Below are positions 28,231-39,400 of a stretch of DNA of 64,000 nt, piece after piece. How positions within the stretch are numbered: the first letter of the stretch is position 1; each line of letters starts with the position of its first letter. Origin of the DNA: a virus (lineage: Duplodnaviria > Caudoviricetes); IMG/VR virus record IMGVR_UViG_2706795090_000001, positions 2,709 to 66,708 of that record. One strand, written 5' to 3'. The notes beneath the pieces were generated by a model. It had not been told where the DNA came from. It saw only the letters and a program-made list of their open reading frames with translations, and ran no database searches. The translations under genes and the position numbers were made by a program.

Positions 28231-30396
28231 ATGAAACCTGTAGAGCAATTAAAACATCACCCAACAGTAGAAACCTTAGTAGATATTTTATCTGCTCGTA
28301 CTCAAAACCCAGATAAGAGTTTCTTTACTATCTTGGTTTGTTACCACTTAACTAAATTAGCTTCAATGATGAGAGCTAAAGTAGATGCCCAAGGATTTGG
28401 TAATCTGCATTGTAATTTCTATGGTATAAACACAGCTCCCAGCGGGTATGGTAAAGGTCATGCCACTAAGATTATGGAAGAACAAGTATTACATTTATTC
28501 AGAAATGAATTCATGGAATACACTTTACCGACCATTGCAGAGAAATCCCTAACTGATTTAGCTAATAAACGTGCATTACGTAAAGGTGTAGATGAAGCAG
28601 AAGAATTAGATAAAGTTAAACAAGAGTATCGTAGAATTGGTGCTTATCTAACTTCATTTGATTCAGGTACTACACCAGCTCTTAAACAATTTAGACATGG
28701 TTTACTTATGTCTGAAATTGGTTCTATAAACTTTGAGAGCGATGAAATGGCTAATAATCTACTCAGCAATAAAGAAATACTAGATACCTATCTAGAACTT
28801 TATGACGGAGTAGTTAAACCAAAGTTAACCAAGAATACTGCTGAATCTGTACGTAATGAAGAAATTGAGGGTAAGACACCAACTAATATGTTGATGTATG
28901 GCACTGCTTCAATGCTTCTAGATGGTTCAACAACAGAGAAGATGTTCTTTGATATGTTGACTACTGGGTATGCTCGCAGATGTTTCTTTGGTTATTCTTC
29001 AATTGAAGCTTGTACTAAAAAACTAACTGTAGCTGAAAGATTAGCTAACTTAACTGATACTACATCAGACACTAAGTTACATAACATTGCTATTCAGTTA
29101 CATAAATTAGCTGATCCAGTAAACCATAACTTCCAAGTACGTATTCCTAATGATGTTATGCAAGCAATCATTGAGTATCAAATCTACTGTGAAGAACTCA
29201 TGGAGTCATTTAGACAAAGTGATGAAATACGTAGGGCTGAGGCTCGTGGTAGATATTTCAAAACTATTCGTCTAGCAGGTGCATTTGCATTCTTGGATTC
29301 TGCTGCTCAAATGACAATGGAACATTGGGAAGCAGCAGTTAAAGTAGCTGAAATGTCTGCTAAGTGTTTCAATGATTTGTTATCCCGTGACCCAGCATTT
29401 GCAAGGCTTGCATTATTCCTATCTGAATGTAAGGAACCAATGACACATGCAGATTTAATGGAAGAAGTGCCATATTTCCCTAAAGCATCTAATGCTCAGA
29501 AAGATATGATTAAACATGCTACTGCTTGGGGTTATAAGAATAATGTAATCATCAAGAAGACATTTACTGATGATATTGAATTCCTCCAAGGTGAGAGCTT
29601 ACAAGCTACTAACCTAGACCAACTGATGTTGAGTTGGAGTAAAGATATTGCAGTAGGTTATACACCTGAATTAAAAGTACCATTCTCTAAACTAGATATC
29701 ATTACTAAGATGGATGGTGGTAACTGGTGTAACCATAGATTCTTGGAAGGTTTACGTAGACAGACACATGTAATCAAAGGATTCAATTTATTGGTTCTTG
29801 ATATTGATGGTACTGCTACATTAGACGAAACCAAGAAGATTCTTGAAGATTACACTTACTACATTTATACAACTAAGCGTCACCAATTAGCTGAAGATGG
29901 TAAACCAGCAGCAGATAGATTCCGTATTATTCTTCCTATGAGTCATGTTCTTAAACTAAACATAGATGAATATAAAGAATTTATGCACAACGTGTTGGAA
30001 ACTCTTCCATTTGAAACCGATGAACAGACTACTCAAGCCAACCGTAAATGGTTAGCTAATAAAGTTGCTCAAGTGTTTACAAATGAAGGCAAGTTATTCG
30101 ATGTATTACCATTCATTCCTAAAACCAAGAAAAATGAAGAACGTAAGCAATTCATTGATACTACTGGTTCAATGGATAAGTTAGAACGTTACTTCTTCTC
30201 TAAGATTGAGGAAGGTAATCGTAATAATACTATCTTCAAATATGGTGCAGCATTAGTTGATTCTGGTAGAGGATTAGATGACTTGGTTCTAAAGATTAAA
30301 TCTTTTAACTCTAAGTTACCTAAACCAATTCCAGATGAAGAATTAAATAATACTGTAATTCAATCTGTCACAAGACAGTTTTATAAGAAAGGTTAA
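28231..30396 (+). CDS. DNA primase (N4 gp43-like)
   Basis: SGYGKG, LDIDG, YTTKRH, RFRIILP and EGNRNN (PriCT). Confidence 0.88.
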   Translation: MKPVEQLKHHPTVETLVDILSARTQNPDKSFFTILVCYHLTKLASMMRAKVDAQGFGNLHCNFYGINTAPSGYGKGHATKIMEEQVLHLFRNEFMEYTLPTIAEKSLTDLANKRALRKGVDEAEELDKVKQEYRRIGAYLTSFDSGTTPALKQFRHGLLMSEIGSINFESDEMANNLLSNKEILDTYLELYDGVVKPKLTKNTAESVRNEEIEGKTPTNMLMYGTASMLLDGSTTEKMFFDMLTTGYARRCFFGYSSIEACTKKLTVAERLANLTDTTSDTKLHNIAIQLHKLADPVNHNFQVRIPNDVMQAIIEYQIYCEELMESFRQSDEIRRAEARGRYFKTIRLAGAFAFLDSAAQMTMEHWEAAVKVAEMSAKCFNDLLSRDPAFARLALFLSECKEPMTHADLMEEVPYFPKASNAQKDMIKHATAWGYKNNVIIKKTFTDDIEFLQGESLQATNLDQLMLSWSKDIAVGYTPELKVPFSKLDIITKMDGGNWCNHRFLEGLRRQTHVIKGFNLLVLDIDGTATLDETKKILEDYTYYIYTTKRHQLAEDGKPAADRFRIILPMSHVLKLNIDEYKEFMHNVLETLPFETDEQTTQANRKWLANKVAQVFTNEGKLFDVLPFIPKTKKNEERKQFIDTTGSMDKLERYFFSKIEEGNRNNTIFKYGAALVDSGRGLDDLVLKIKSFNSKLPKPIPDEELNNTVIQSVTRQFYKKG

Positions 30397-30399
30397 ATT

Positions 30400-30675
30400 A
30401 TGCTTACCCCTGAACAGGAATCAAAGATACTTCGAGTTACCAAGTTAGTAATTACCGCCGGAACCAATACACTTGTTAAATACTTCATTATTGGTTTAGT
30501 TATAGTACAGATTGCTACACTAGCCTTAAACCAACTAAGAATTGGTTTTGACAGTACTGATGGTGAAAAACGTTCTGGGATGACGTTACGAATTGACTAT
30601 GGTACTGGTTGTCATTATTTAGAATCCTCTAGGGGTATGCTTATTCAAAGATTTAACCCTGATGGTATTCAATAG
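30400..30675 (+). CDS. membrane-anchored hypothetical protein
   Basis: TM helix followed by DYGTGCHYL. Confidence 0.65.
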   Translation: MLTPEQESKILRVTKLVITAGTNTLVKYFIIGLVIVQIATLALNQLRIGFDSTDGEKRSGMTLRIDYGTGCHYLESSRGMLIQRFNPDGIQ

Positions 30676-30690
30676 TGTGAGAAATAAGTA

Positions 30691-31428
30691 ATGTCTGAAA
30701 ATACTGAAAATACCCAATTAGTATTAATTGCAGGTAAATCAGCAACTGGTAAATCAGCTTCTTTACGTAACTTACGTAACCCAGAAAAGGTTGCTTATCT
30801 AAATTGTGAAAACAATAAACGATTGCCTTTTCCAGCTAAATTTAAACAAGCTAATGTAACAGACCCGAACCAAGTATTAACTACCATTAAAGCACTTACT
30901 GGTAATCCTGAGTATGGCCCAATCATTGTAGATACTCTTACATTTATGATGGACATGTTCGAAACTCAGTATGTACTTACTGCCTCTAATGGTATGAAGG
31001 CATGGGGTGAATATGAGCAGTTCTTTAAACGTTTAATGCAAGATGGTGTAGCTAAATCAGATAAACCAATTGTGTTTATGGCACATACTTCTGATGTATA
31101 TAACGAAAATGAAATGGTCAATGAAACTATGGTTAAAGTGAAAGGCTCACTTATGACTAAAGGTGTTGAATCATTCTTCTCTACTGTTATCGCGTCAAAG
31201 AAAATGCCAGTTAGTAAATTGGAACCATATGAGAAAGATAACAAACTTCTGAACATCACTGATGAAGAGCGTATGTTAGGTTTTAAATATGTCTTCCAAA
31301 CGAAGCTAACTAAAGAAACTGTTAATGAACGTATTCGTTCACCATTAGGTATGTGGTCAAACCAAGAAACATTCATTGATAATGATGTGCAGTTGGTTCT
31401 AGACCGTCTACAAGAGTATTACGCTTAA
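30691..31428 (+). CDS. Sak4-like AAA ATPase (N4 gp44-like)
   Basis: GKSATGKS; RIRSPLGM. Confidence 0.88.
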   Translation: MSENTENTQLVLIAGKSATGKSASLRNLRNPEKVAYLNCENNKRLPFPAKFKQANVTDPNQVLTTIKALTGNPEYGPIIVDTLTFMMDMFETQYVLTASNGMKAWGEYEQFFKRLMQDGVAKSDKPIVFMAHTSDVYNENEMVNETMVKVKGSLMTKGVESFFSTVIASKKMPVSKLEPYEKDNKLLNITDEERMLGFKYVFQTKLTKETVNERIRSPLGMWSNQETFIDNDVQLVLDRLQEYYA

Positions 31429-31429
31429 T

Positions 31430-31452
31430 CCAAACTTCGTTTGGTTCTGTGG
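31430..31452 (+). promoter_or_regulatory. hairpin-promoter-like element upstream of ssb
   Basis: CCAAAC-TTC-GTTTGG followed by TTCTGTGG. Confidence 0.5.
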
Positions 31453-31489
31453 TTATAACAAACTAATTAATTAGTAAAAGGAAATAATA

Positions 31490-32212
31490 ATGTCTCTATT
31501 TGCATCTGCACAACAAAAAGCACAAACAGTTAAAGCAGAAGAAAAAGACGTACTAGGTGGTAGCTTTACTATTCCATCTGGTATCTACCCATCTGGTATT
31601 AAGATGGCTTATCTAGATAAATGGGATAGTGGTGCTCTTTATGTTGGTTTTGAATTTGCTGTCCTAGTTGATGGTAAAGAAATGAACCATAAAGAACTAA
31701 TCACCATCTCTAACAAAGCTGGTGAATTCACTTATGAGAAAAATGGTGAAGTACACCCAATGCCCGGTTTCAGTATGGTTGATTCAATCTTCCGTCTTGC
31801 TACTGGTAAAGGTTTCAAAGAGCAAACTGGTGTAGAAGTTAAACAAATTAAACTCTACGACAAAGAAGCTAAAGCTGAAGTACCTAAACCAAAAGAAGTA
31901 TTCATGGAAGCATTAGGTAAGAAACTTAAACTTGGTATCCTTGCTCAAACAGTTGATAAGACTGAGAAGCAAGGTGACAAGTATGTACCTACTGGTGAGA
32001 CTCGTGAAGAGAATGTAATCTCTAAAGCATTCCACTTTGAATCTGATAAAACTGTTAGTGAAATTGATTCTAATGGTGGTGCTGAATTCTTCAAAGCTTG
32101 GGAAGAGAAATTCAAAGGTAAAACTATTAACAAAGCCAAAGGTAAACCAGCAGGTGCTTCTGGTGGTACCGCAGGTGCACCAAACCAAAGTGCATCATCT
32201 TTGTTTAACTAA
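31490..32212 (+). CDS. ssb: single-stranded DNA-binding protein (N4 gp45-like)
   Basis: EKDVLGG, SGIY, PMPGF, TGETREEN and SLF C-terminus; syntenic position. Confidence 0.85.
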   Translation: MSLFASAQQKAQTVKAEEKDVLGGSFTIPSGIYPSGIKMAYLDKWDSGALYVGFEFAVLVDGKEMNHKELITISNKAGEFTYEKNGEVHPMPGFSMVDSIFRLATGKGFKEQTGVEVKQIKLYDKEAKAEVPKPKEVFMEALGKKLKLGILAQTVDKTEKQGDKYVPTGETREENVISKAFHFESDKTVSEIDSNGGAEFFKAWEEKFKGKTINKAKGKPAGASGGTAGAPNQSASSLFN

Positions 32213-33009
32213 TGCCTAACAGCAGAATAGAATTAATATCTGCACCCTTGGAGGTTCCGGTAAGTAAAAAGAATAAGTTTATACTTAATCTAAATAACTA
32301 CCGGAACACTCATTTTCAAGTATTGAACAAAGCTAAGAAGGTATATAAGGAACACCTCACTGGAAGACTCCTTAAACTTCAACCATTCAATACTGTATCA
32401 CTTGAGTTTATTCTTTACCCTAAATCCAATAGATTGACGGACTTAGACAACGTTACTTCTATTCATGCTAAGTTCTTTCAGGATGCTTTGACTGAGACTG
32501 GTGTACTACCGGATGACAATTACAACTATGTAATAAGTACTACTAGTAGGTTTGGACATGTGGATAAGAATAACCCAAGGGTGGATATTATCATTAAGGA
32601 AATAGAACCAATGAATGTAACAGTAATTAAACCTCCTCAAGAAGTAATCATTAAAGCTCTTACACAATACTTCAACTTCCCTGAAGGATTACAAGTAGAG
32701 TTTGATTTAGGTATCCAATCGGAACCAGTAAATACTCATGAAGTAGTTGCTGATGAATCTGAAGAAGATACCAAACCAAAACGTAAACGCCGTACTAAAG
32801 CAGAAATGGAACAGGAAACTAAACCTGAACCAATTCAAGAAGAAGTTATTGAATCAGTAGTAGAAGAATTTACAGAAGCTGTAGAAGAGTCATTTGAAGA
32901 CCGTGAAATGTCTTTGATTGATGAGGTACTAGCAGAAGCTGAAGGTATGGAACTACCTGAGATTGATAACTCAGATTTGTTAGATACTTCTAAATCATTG
33001 TTCGGTTAA
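32212..33009 (+). CDS. RusA-like Holliday junction resolvase with acidic C-terminal extension
   Basis: LNLNNYRN, DLDN, KFFQDAL, DDN, NPRV. Confidence 0.8.
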   Translation: MPNSRIELISAPLEVPVSKKNKFILNLNNYRNTHFQVLNKAKKVYKEHLTGRLLKLQPFNTVSLEFILYPKSNRLTDLDNVTSIHAKFFQDALTETGVLPDDNYNYVISTTSRFGHVDKNNPRVDIIIKEIEPMNVTVIKPPQEVIIKALTQYFNFPEGLQVEFDLGIQSEPVNTHEVVADESEEDTKPKRKRRTKAEMEQETKPEPIQEEVIESVVEEFTEAVEESFEDREMSLIDEVLAEAEGMELPEIDNSDLLDTSKSLFG

Positions 33010-33206
33010 TGAAACTACTTAAGATTCTAGGGATTATTCTTGGTTCACTACTTATAGGTATTATAGTTGTATCCGTATTACCTTTTCTATTTGCAATCTC
33101 TATTGGTCTATTAGTTATAGGTAGTGCTTACACTATCTATAAAATAGATTCACCTGAGATTAGTGAACTAGTTGAGAAAATGAAACAAGAAAGGGAGTCC
33201 AAGTGA
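33009..33206 (+). CDS. small membrane protein
   Basis: two TM segments. Confidence 0.65.
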   Translation: MKLLKILGIILGSLLIGIIVVSVLPFLFAISIGLLVIGSAYTIYKIDSPEISELVEKMKQERESK

Positions 33207-33236
33207 CTCCCTATTTTTATTTAAAGGTTTAAACAT

Positions 33237-33440
33237 ATGAGTTTAGAACGTATTGATAATTTCTCTACAAGTAATGAAACAGTATTTGTAGAACCACATA
33301 AAGGTTTTATTGAACTAACCTTGTGTCCAGTAGCTGAACCAGAAGAATCAGTAAGTGTATCTTACTCTTGTTCTAGTGAAGATATTGGTAAACTAATTGC
33401 AGCACTACAACGTGCTAAAGATAGATTTGATAATGCTTAA
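33237..33440 (+). CDS. hypothetical protein
   Basis: 67-aa ORF with AAGG RBS. Confidence 0.6.
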   Translation: MSLERIDNFSTSNETVFVEPHKGFIELTLCPVAEPEESVSVSYSCSSEDIGKLIAALQRAKDRFDNA

Positions 33441-33446
33441 GCATTA

Positions 33447-33480
33447 AAATATTAGGGACTCAATTGAGTCCCTATTTTTA
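33447..33480. terminator. bidirectional terminator
   Basis: TAGGGACTC/GAGTCCCTA stem between convergent genes. Confidence 0.75.
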
Positions 33481-33481
33481 T

Positions 33482-36400
33482 TTAACTAAATACTTTAGCA
33501 GTGATGATATCAGGTGCAGCATTAATAAAGCTTTCAACTGGATTAGCCAATCTAGTTAATGGATTGGTTTCAATAATCATAGTTGAATCCATGATATCTG
33601 GAACATCACCAAAGAAGTTCTGTAGAAGCATAATACTCAATGCTCTTGCAGGATTCTCTAAGAATGTTTTAGCAATGATACGTTGTACGCGAACCAAGTA
33701 TTTACTAAACATCAGCAAACCAAGGTCATTTAAGTATTGAATACCTTTGTGAGTAGGTAAGTCATAATCAATGAAGATATCCATTACTTGACCTGCTGCT
33801 TCATCTTTAGCAATTCCCTTGTTCTTAGTCATATGCTGGAACAACACATATCTAGCACCAAAGTCAGAGAACTGTGCAGCTTCACTTAAGAAACCATACA
33901 GGTTAGAACCTTGCATTACCAATGCTTCTTTAAATACATCTTTCACACTGTTAGGGATACGGTTAGTTGCATCTTCTAAACGTTCTGCCCAACTGGTTTC
34001 AGCATACTTACGTTTGATACGTTGGCTCAGTTTATATTCCTGAACTTCAGTATCTACGTCTTCTACGATAGTTGATAACAAACCAGCATCAATCAAATCA
34101 ATTACTGGATTGTTAGCTAATCTATCTTCAAGCTGAACCAACTTAGATTCATATACACTTCTCTGTGCTCTTGTAAGGTTAGCATTACTTAGTTTAAGTC
34201 TTACTTGTTCAGTCTCTTGGTTCAACTTCTTGTATTCACGCATAGCTGTAAATGAATCTTTATGCCCTGCGATAATATCTTTAATAGGTACACCCATCAT
34301 CTTTAGTAGCACCATGTTAGATACCATGTTACCTAACGTAACAACACCTGTTTTGATAACAATGATATCTTTAACTGTTTTAGCCAATGCTTCTAATAGT
34401 TCTTCTCCTTGTCTTACTCGCATTGCTGCTTTCTTACCGAAAATCATATTAACAAACATTACAAAAGCTTCTTGTACTAAACCACGTTCAGCTTTAGATA
34501 ACTTCCATAGGTTAGCTGCTGTGTATTTGTGGTAACCGAAGAGTAAGTCTACAGAGTCTTTACGAACCAACATAGAATCACTACCCCATACTCTACGTAT
34601 TTCTTCTTTCATATCTTCTGGTAGTAGTCTGAATATCTCACGATATTCTTCATTGGTTGATTGTGGTGAAATCTCTACAAACTCAGCTCTGTTAGGTGTA
34701 TTGGTGTACATCTCTTTTAATACTTTAACGAGTTCTTTGTTCTCTCTTTTAATGTCATTCTTAACAGCTAAACCAGAGAACATAATACCCATTATATCAT
34801 CAAAAGATGTATCACGTTGTAGAATGTCATTCTTAGTGTTGTCGTTCATTACATAACGATAATCAACAATCTCACCTGCCTCATTCACCAGAGGAACTGC
34901 ATACGTAGTGCTATCTAATGTACGTTTATTCCAATTAGCAGATACTTTCTTAGCATTCTTAGTTTTCCAAGTATCTAGTGTACCTGTACTAGAACCATTG
35001 AAAGAACCAGTAGTATTCAAAGTTACTGATGTACCTCTGGCAGCATCATTCAATAGATAAGCTACACCACCAATATTAGCTGGTTGACCACCATGACCAT
35101 TTACAAATAAGTATTTAGTTTCTGTATCTGGGTCACTTGGGTCTTTAGGTAAAGCTGAACCAATAGCATAACCTTGTGCTTCAAATTCTTCTTGGTCATC
35201 AATAGTACCTACTTTGATAGCAATATCTGGATTCACTTTATCAGTCATAAATCCTTTTTGGATATGTCTACTGTTCTCTTTAAACTCTTCCAGAGTTTTA
35301 CTACGAAACTCTTTCAATAAGTTTATTGTGAAAGTAATACCATTACCACCATCTGTTCTAGATACTTCTTTAGAAACTAAACCATTAATTAAACGTCTGT
35401 GGTTATCACTCAGATTGCTAATTGCATAAAGAGAAGCTAATACATCAATTGTTGGTTCTGCTTGTCTAGCGAACTTAGGCATCGTTCTAGGGGTACCAAT
35501 TGCATCTGCAATATTCTTAGCATTCATCAAACCATTAGGAATACTAGATACACCAGTAATCATAAACTTACCTAGGTTCTTAGCTTGTCTAATATAGAAA
35601 GCAGTATAACCAGTGTATTGGTTTAGGTTGGTTTCATACTGTTGAATAGTTTGTGCTAAGTATTGTTTATCACGCATTAGTTCAATGATTTGGTCTTGAG
35701 AGAAATCATTTAGTAATGAAGTGATATCTGTTTTAAGAAATGCATGAGACAATGCATCTTTCTCTTGCACAGTTAACTTCTCAGCAAATGCTTCATTAAT
35801 AGCAGTTCGATAATCATTACGTACTTGCATACGATATCTGTCGATATTCTTGTTAGCTAAACGTTTCATATCATGTAGTACTGCTACAGCATTAAATCTA
35901 CCTTTAGATTCAGTAACCAAACTTAAGAATAAGTTAGCAGCAGTAGAATTAGACTGTCTTAACTTATTATAAGTTTCATTAGTAATCTCAGTTACTGTTT
36001 GAACCTTACCATTCTTAACAGCTTCTTTAATTTGCTTCTTACTTAGTTTTTTAAACTTATCTAAAGGCTGAACCAAGTTACGTTCAATACCCGGTTGAAC
36101 CCTGTTAATTACTTCTTGTACTGGTCTAGTAAATACTTCAGTAGCTCTTTCCATATGCTTACGTAATTGCGCTTTGTTACTGCTGTCAATACCAGCAAAT
36201 GATTGGAATAGTTGTGCTAATTGTTGGTCTACAGGTTTACCATAAGTACTAAGTAATTTAGCATTCAAAGTATTTAATAATTTATTGAACCAATTGTAGA
36301 TACCTTGAACCAATCTACCTAATGAACCTGTAGCTGTATTCATTTCACTAGCTTTGTTCTGATATTCAATCTTAGACAATGCTTTTCTAAAGTTATTGTT

Positions 36401-39400
36401 AGTTAAACCAAGTGCTACAAACTCATGTAAGTAGTTAGACTTAGCTCTACCATTAACTACAGTATCTCTTCTTGGTTCAAATACATGTTTGTATCTTTGT
36501 TCTGCTGCTTGATATTCATCTGCAAATCTTGGGTCAGATTCAAGCATAGAAGGGTCATTCATGAAATCACGAACAGTTACTACTTTCTTAGCTTGTAACC
36601 ATAGTTTGTATAGTTCATTACGTTCAGCATATTTGTTATCAATACCAAACATAGATACGTTATGAACCAATTCATGAACAAATACTTCAGAAGCAGACAT
36701 ACGAATACCATTTGCTAATGAACCTGATAGTGGTTGTGAACCTTGTGTTTGATTCACAATAAACATATCTACACCATCAGTAGCACCAATAGTTTCTGTT
36801 TGGTCTGAAGCACCTAAGTACAAATCAAATGGTTGAATTACTTTGTTTACTACATTATTTAATACACTACGTAGATACTCTAAATGTTCTGGTTCATCTT
36901 TGATTAGAGATACTTGTTGTAACTCATCAAATACTTGTTCTGAGTTATAACCATCAATTCTCCTAGCTTCGTCAAATGTGAAATCATTTCGAATATCAGT
37001 ATATGCTGATGAACCAAGATTATTATTAGTTGTATAGTCTTCAAATGCATATAACAAATCACTTAGTAGTGATTGTTTGTCAGTATTCAAACCTAAGAAC
37101 TTACGAACACTTGTTACAAAATCACCCCATAGTGAACTAGATTCAGTTCCTACAATGTTTTTCAAAGTGTCTTGTACACCACGGTTAGTTAAACCATAAG
37201 TAACTAGTTCTGCAATCTCAATACGAGCAATATCCAAGTATTGTTTAGTTAATCTATCCCCATTCAGAGGTTGTCTTGGCAGTTTAGATTGAATAGCTTT
37301 CAACCGTTTAACCAACATTACTTCTTTAGCTGTTTTCGGATTGTTAATAGCATTCGCTGTAATTGCATGAATCAACTCATGCACTAATGCTTCTTCTAAT
37401 TGGTTCGAGTTAACATCTTTAATTTGAATTGCTCTTAAAGTTTTTAACTTACCCATAGATTTCATAGTACGTTCTTGGTACTTAGCTACTGATTTCAAAT
37501 TTGGATTTACAACTAAAGTAATATCATCCAACTTAAATTTCTTAACAGCATTTAAGATTAATTTATAATCTTGGTTTTGTGTGACTGCTAACATGTTATC
37601 AATAGCGGTAAGTAAATCATTTTCAACCACTTTAAAAGCTGTATTAGAAGTATTTACAGTGATTTCTTTAACCTGTTTAACTTCCCTTACGTAAGCTGAG
37701 TCTTCACCGTTAGAGTATTGCTCACTTCTAACAATGTTATTCATTACTTTGTTTTTATTGTTTACATGGTCTTGCCCAAGACCCGTAATGAAACTATTAA
37801 TGTCATTTAAAGTTTGTTGTAAACCACGTTGAGCTACCCACTTAGCATCTCTGCCAAGTACAGTTTTAGCTGCTTTAACAATTGGTTCTTCTAAGTCTTT
37901 ACTATCACCATCAAAACCAGTAACTACTCTATTCAACATTACTCCAATCTCTTGAGGGATTGAGTAAAGAGAGTTAACCATTAGGAAACCTTTGTTATAA
38001 GTTTCTTTAGTTGAACCAAATTTATTACCATCAATGTATGAAGCATCATGTACGTTCAGGATAGTAGCATTGTTAATAATACTTACTTGAGTAGCTGCAT
38101 CTATTGATTGAGTCATAGTAGGAATTGCAGCAGCCCCCGGCTCACTAAATGTACGTAACTGTCCATTGGTAGTTCTAGATTTCTTACCTGATTTAAGATT
38201 CTTTGGATTAATAGTTACTTGAACACTTCTATCAGTGATAGGTGTCATTTCATAACCAGACAACATCAAACCAGTATCTAACTGTTTAGTTAAATCTTTA
38301 CTAGAAATCTTACTGGTAGCTGTATTTACAATAGGTGTAACTGTTTTAAGAGATTCAACTAAGTTCTTCTCTTCTTCTACAGTTAACTGTTTATTACCTG
38401 TTTGCTTAAGAATTTCTGCTTTACGTTTGTTATACATATTCACAAACAGAGCATGAGCTAAGTTAGCAGCAGCATTCAGTTTATTCCGTGAATCAAAAGA
38501 TACTTTGTATTCTTTATCCATCGCTTCTTTCAATGGATTCTGATAAATACCACTAACTACCTTCTTGAAGTTCTTAACTTCATTTGGTTTAAGCTTAAAT
38601 TCTTTTAAGTCTTTAGTATTTCTAATTACACGTTTACTACCGGTTAAGTAGTTAACAATACTAAGTACTTCATTCACTTCTGCTCTTGCAGCTTCTTGAG
38701 TAAGAGTACGTTCAATTAAACCTTTATATACAGTTTCTAAACGTTCATATACTTTCTCAATACCTTGTGAACCGATGTTATCTGCAATGGTTCCAATTGA
38801 AGCCCCATAGATGGAAGTCATTAGAGGATTCTTAGCAATGTTACGACCTTGCTTGGTTACTTCTTCTTTACCGGTAAGTTCATTTACTTTAATGAATGAA
38901 CCAAACAACTTAGATACTACATTGTAGTCTTTAGCATACTTAGCATCTGACATTGCTTTAAGTTGAATAGCTTTCTCCCAATCCCTTGCAAGAGTCTTAT
39001 ATGAATCTTGGTTAGCTGGGTTAGCAATCCATTCGTTATAGGTAATATTTGAATTATAAATACCCATACGTTGAAGCATATTAAACATTGCTTCTACATT
39101 ATCTGTTGCAAACTGAAGAGTAGTGATAGCTACACCATTCGTAATACCATCCACTTCACGAGCAAGATTATGGGTAAATTCAGTAGCACCAGATTCTTTA
39201 GCTAATTCATATTCAGCCATTGCTACAATACTTAAGTAACCTTTCATATTGGTTCTAATAGCTTTCACACCATCAGCAATAACTGTTTGTAGTTCTACAG
39301 GTAATTCACGTTCACCAGATAAACGTAACACATCTTTCATTGCATCAATTGCATTACGTACTTCTGGTTTATCTAATTGTTTTTGAACTTCTTCTAAAGC

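Noticed and set aside
33009-33206. MKLLKIL ORF as a member of the microprotein family
   Set aside because: It is a two-TM membrane protein in a conserved position and lacks the T-Y motif and aromatic body
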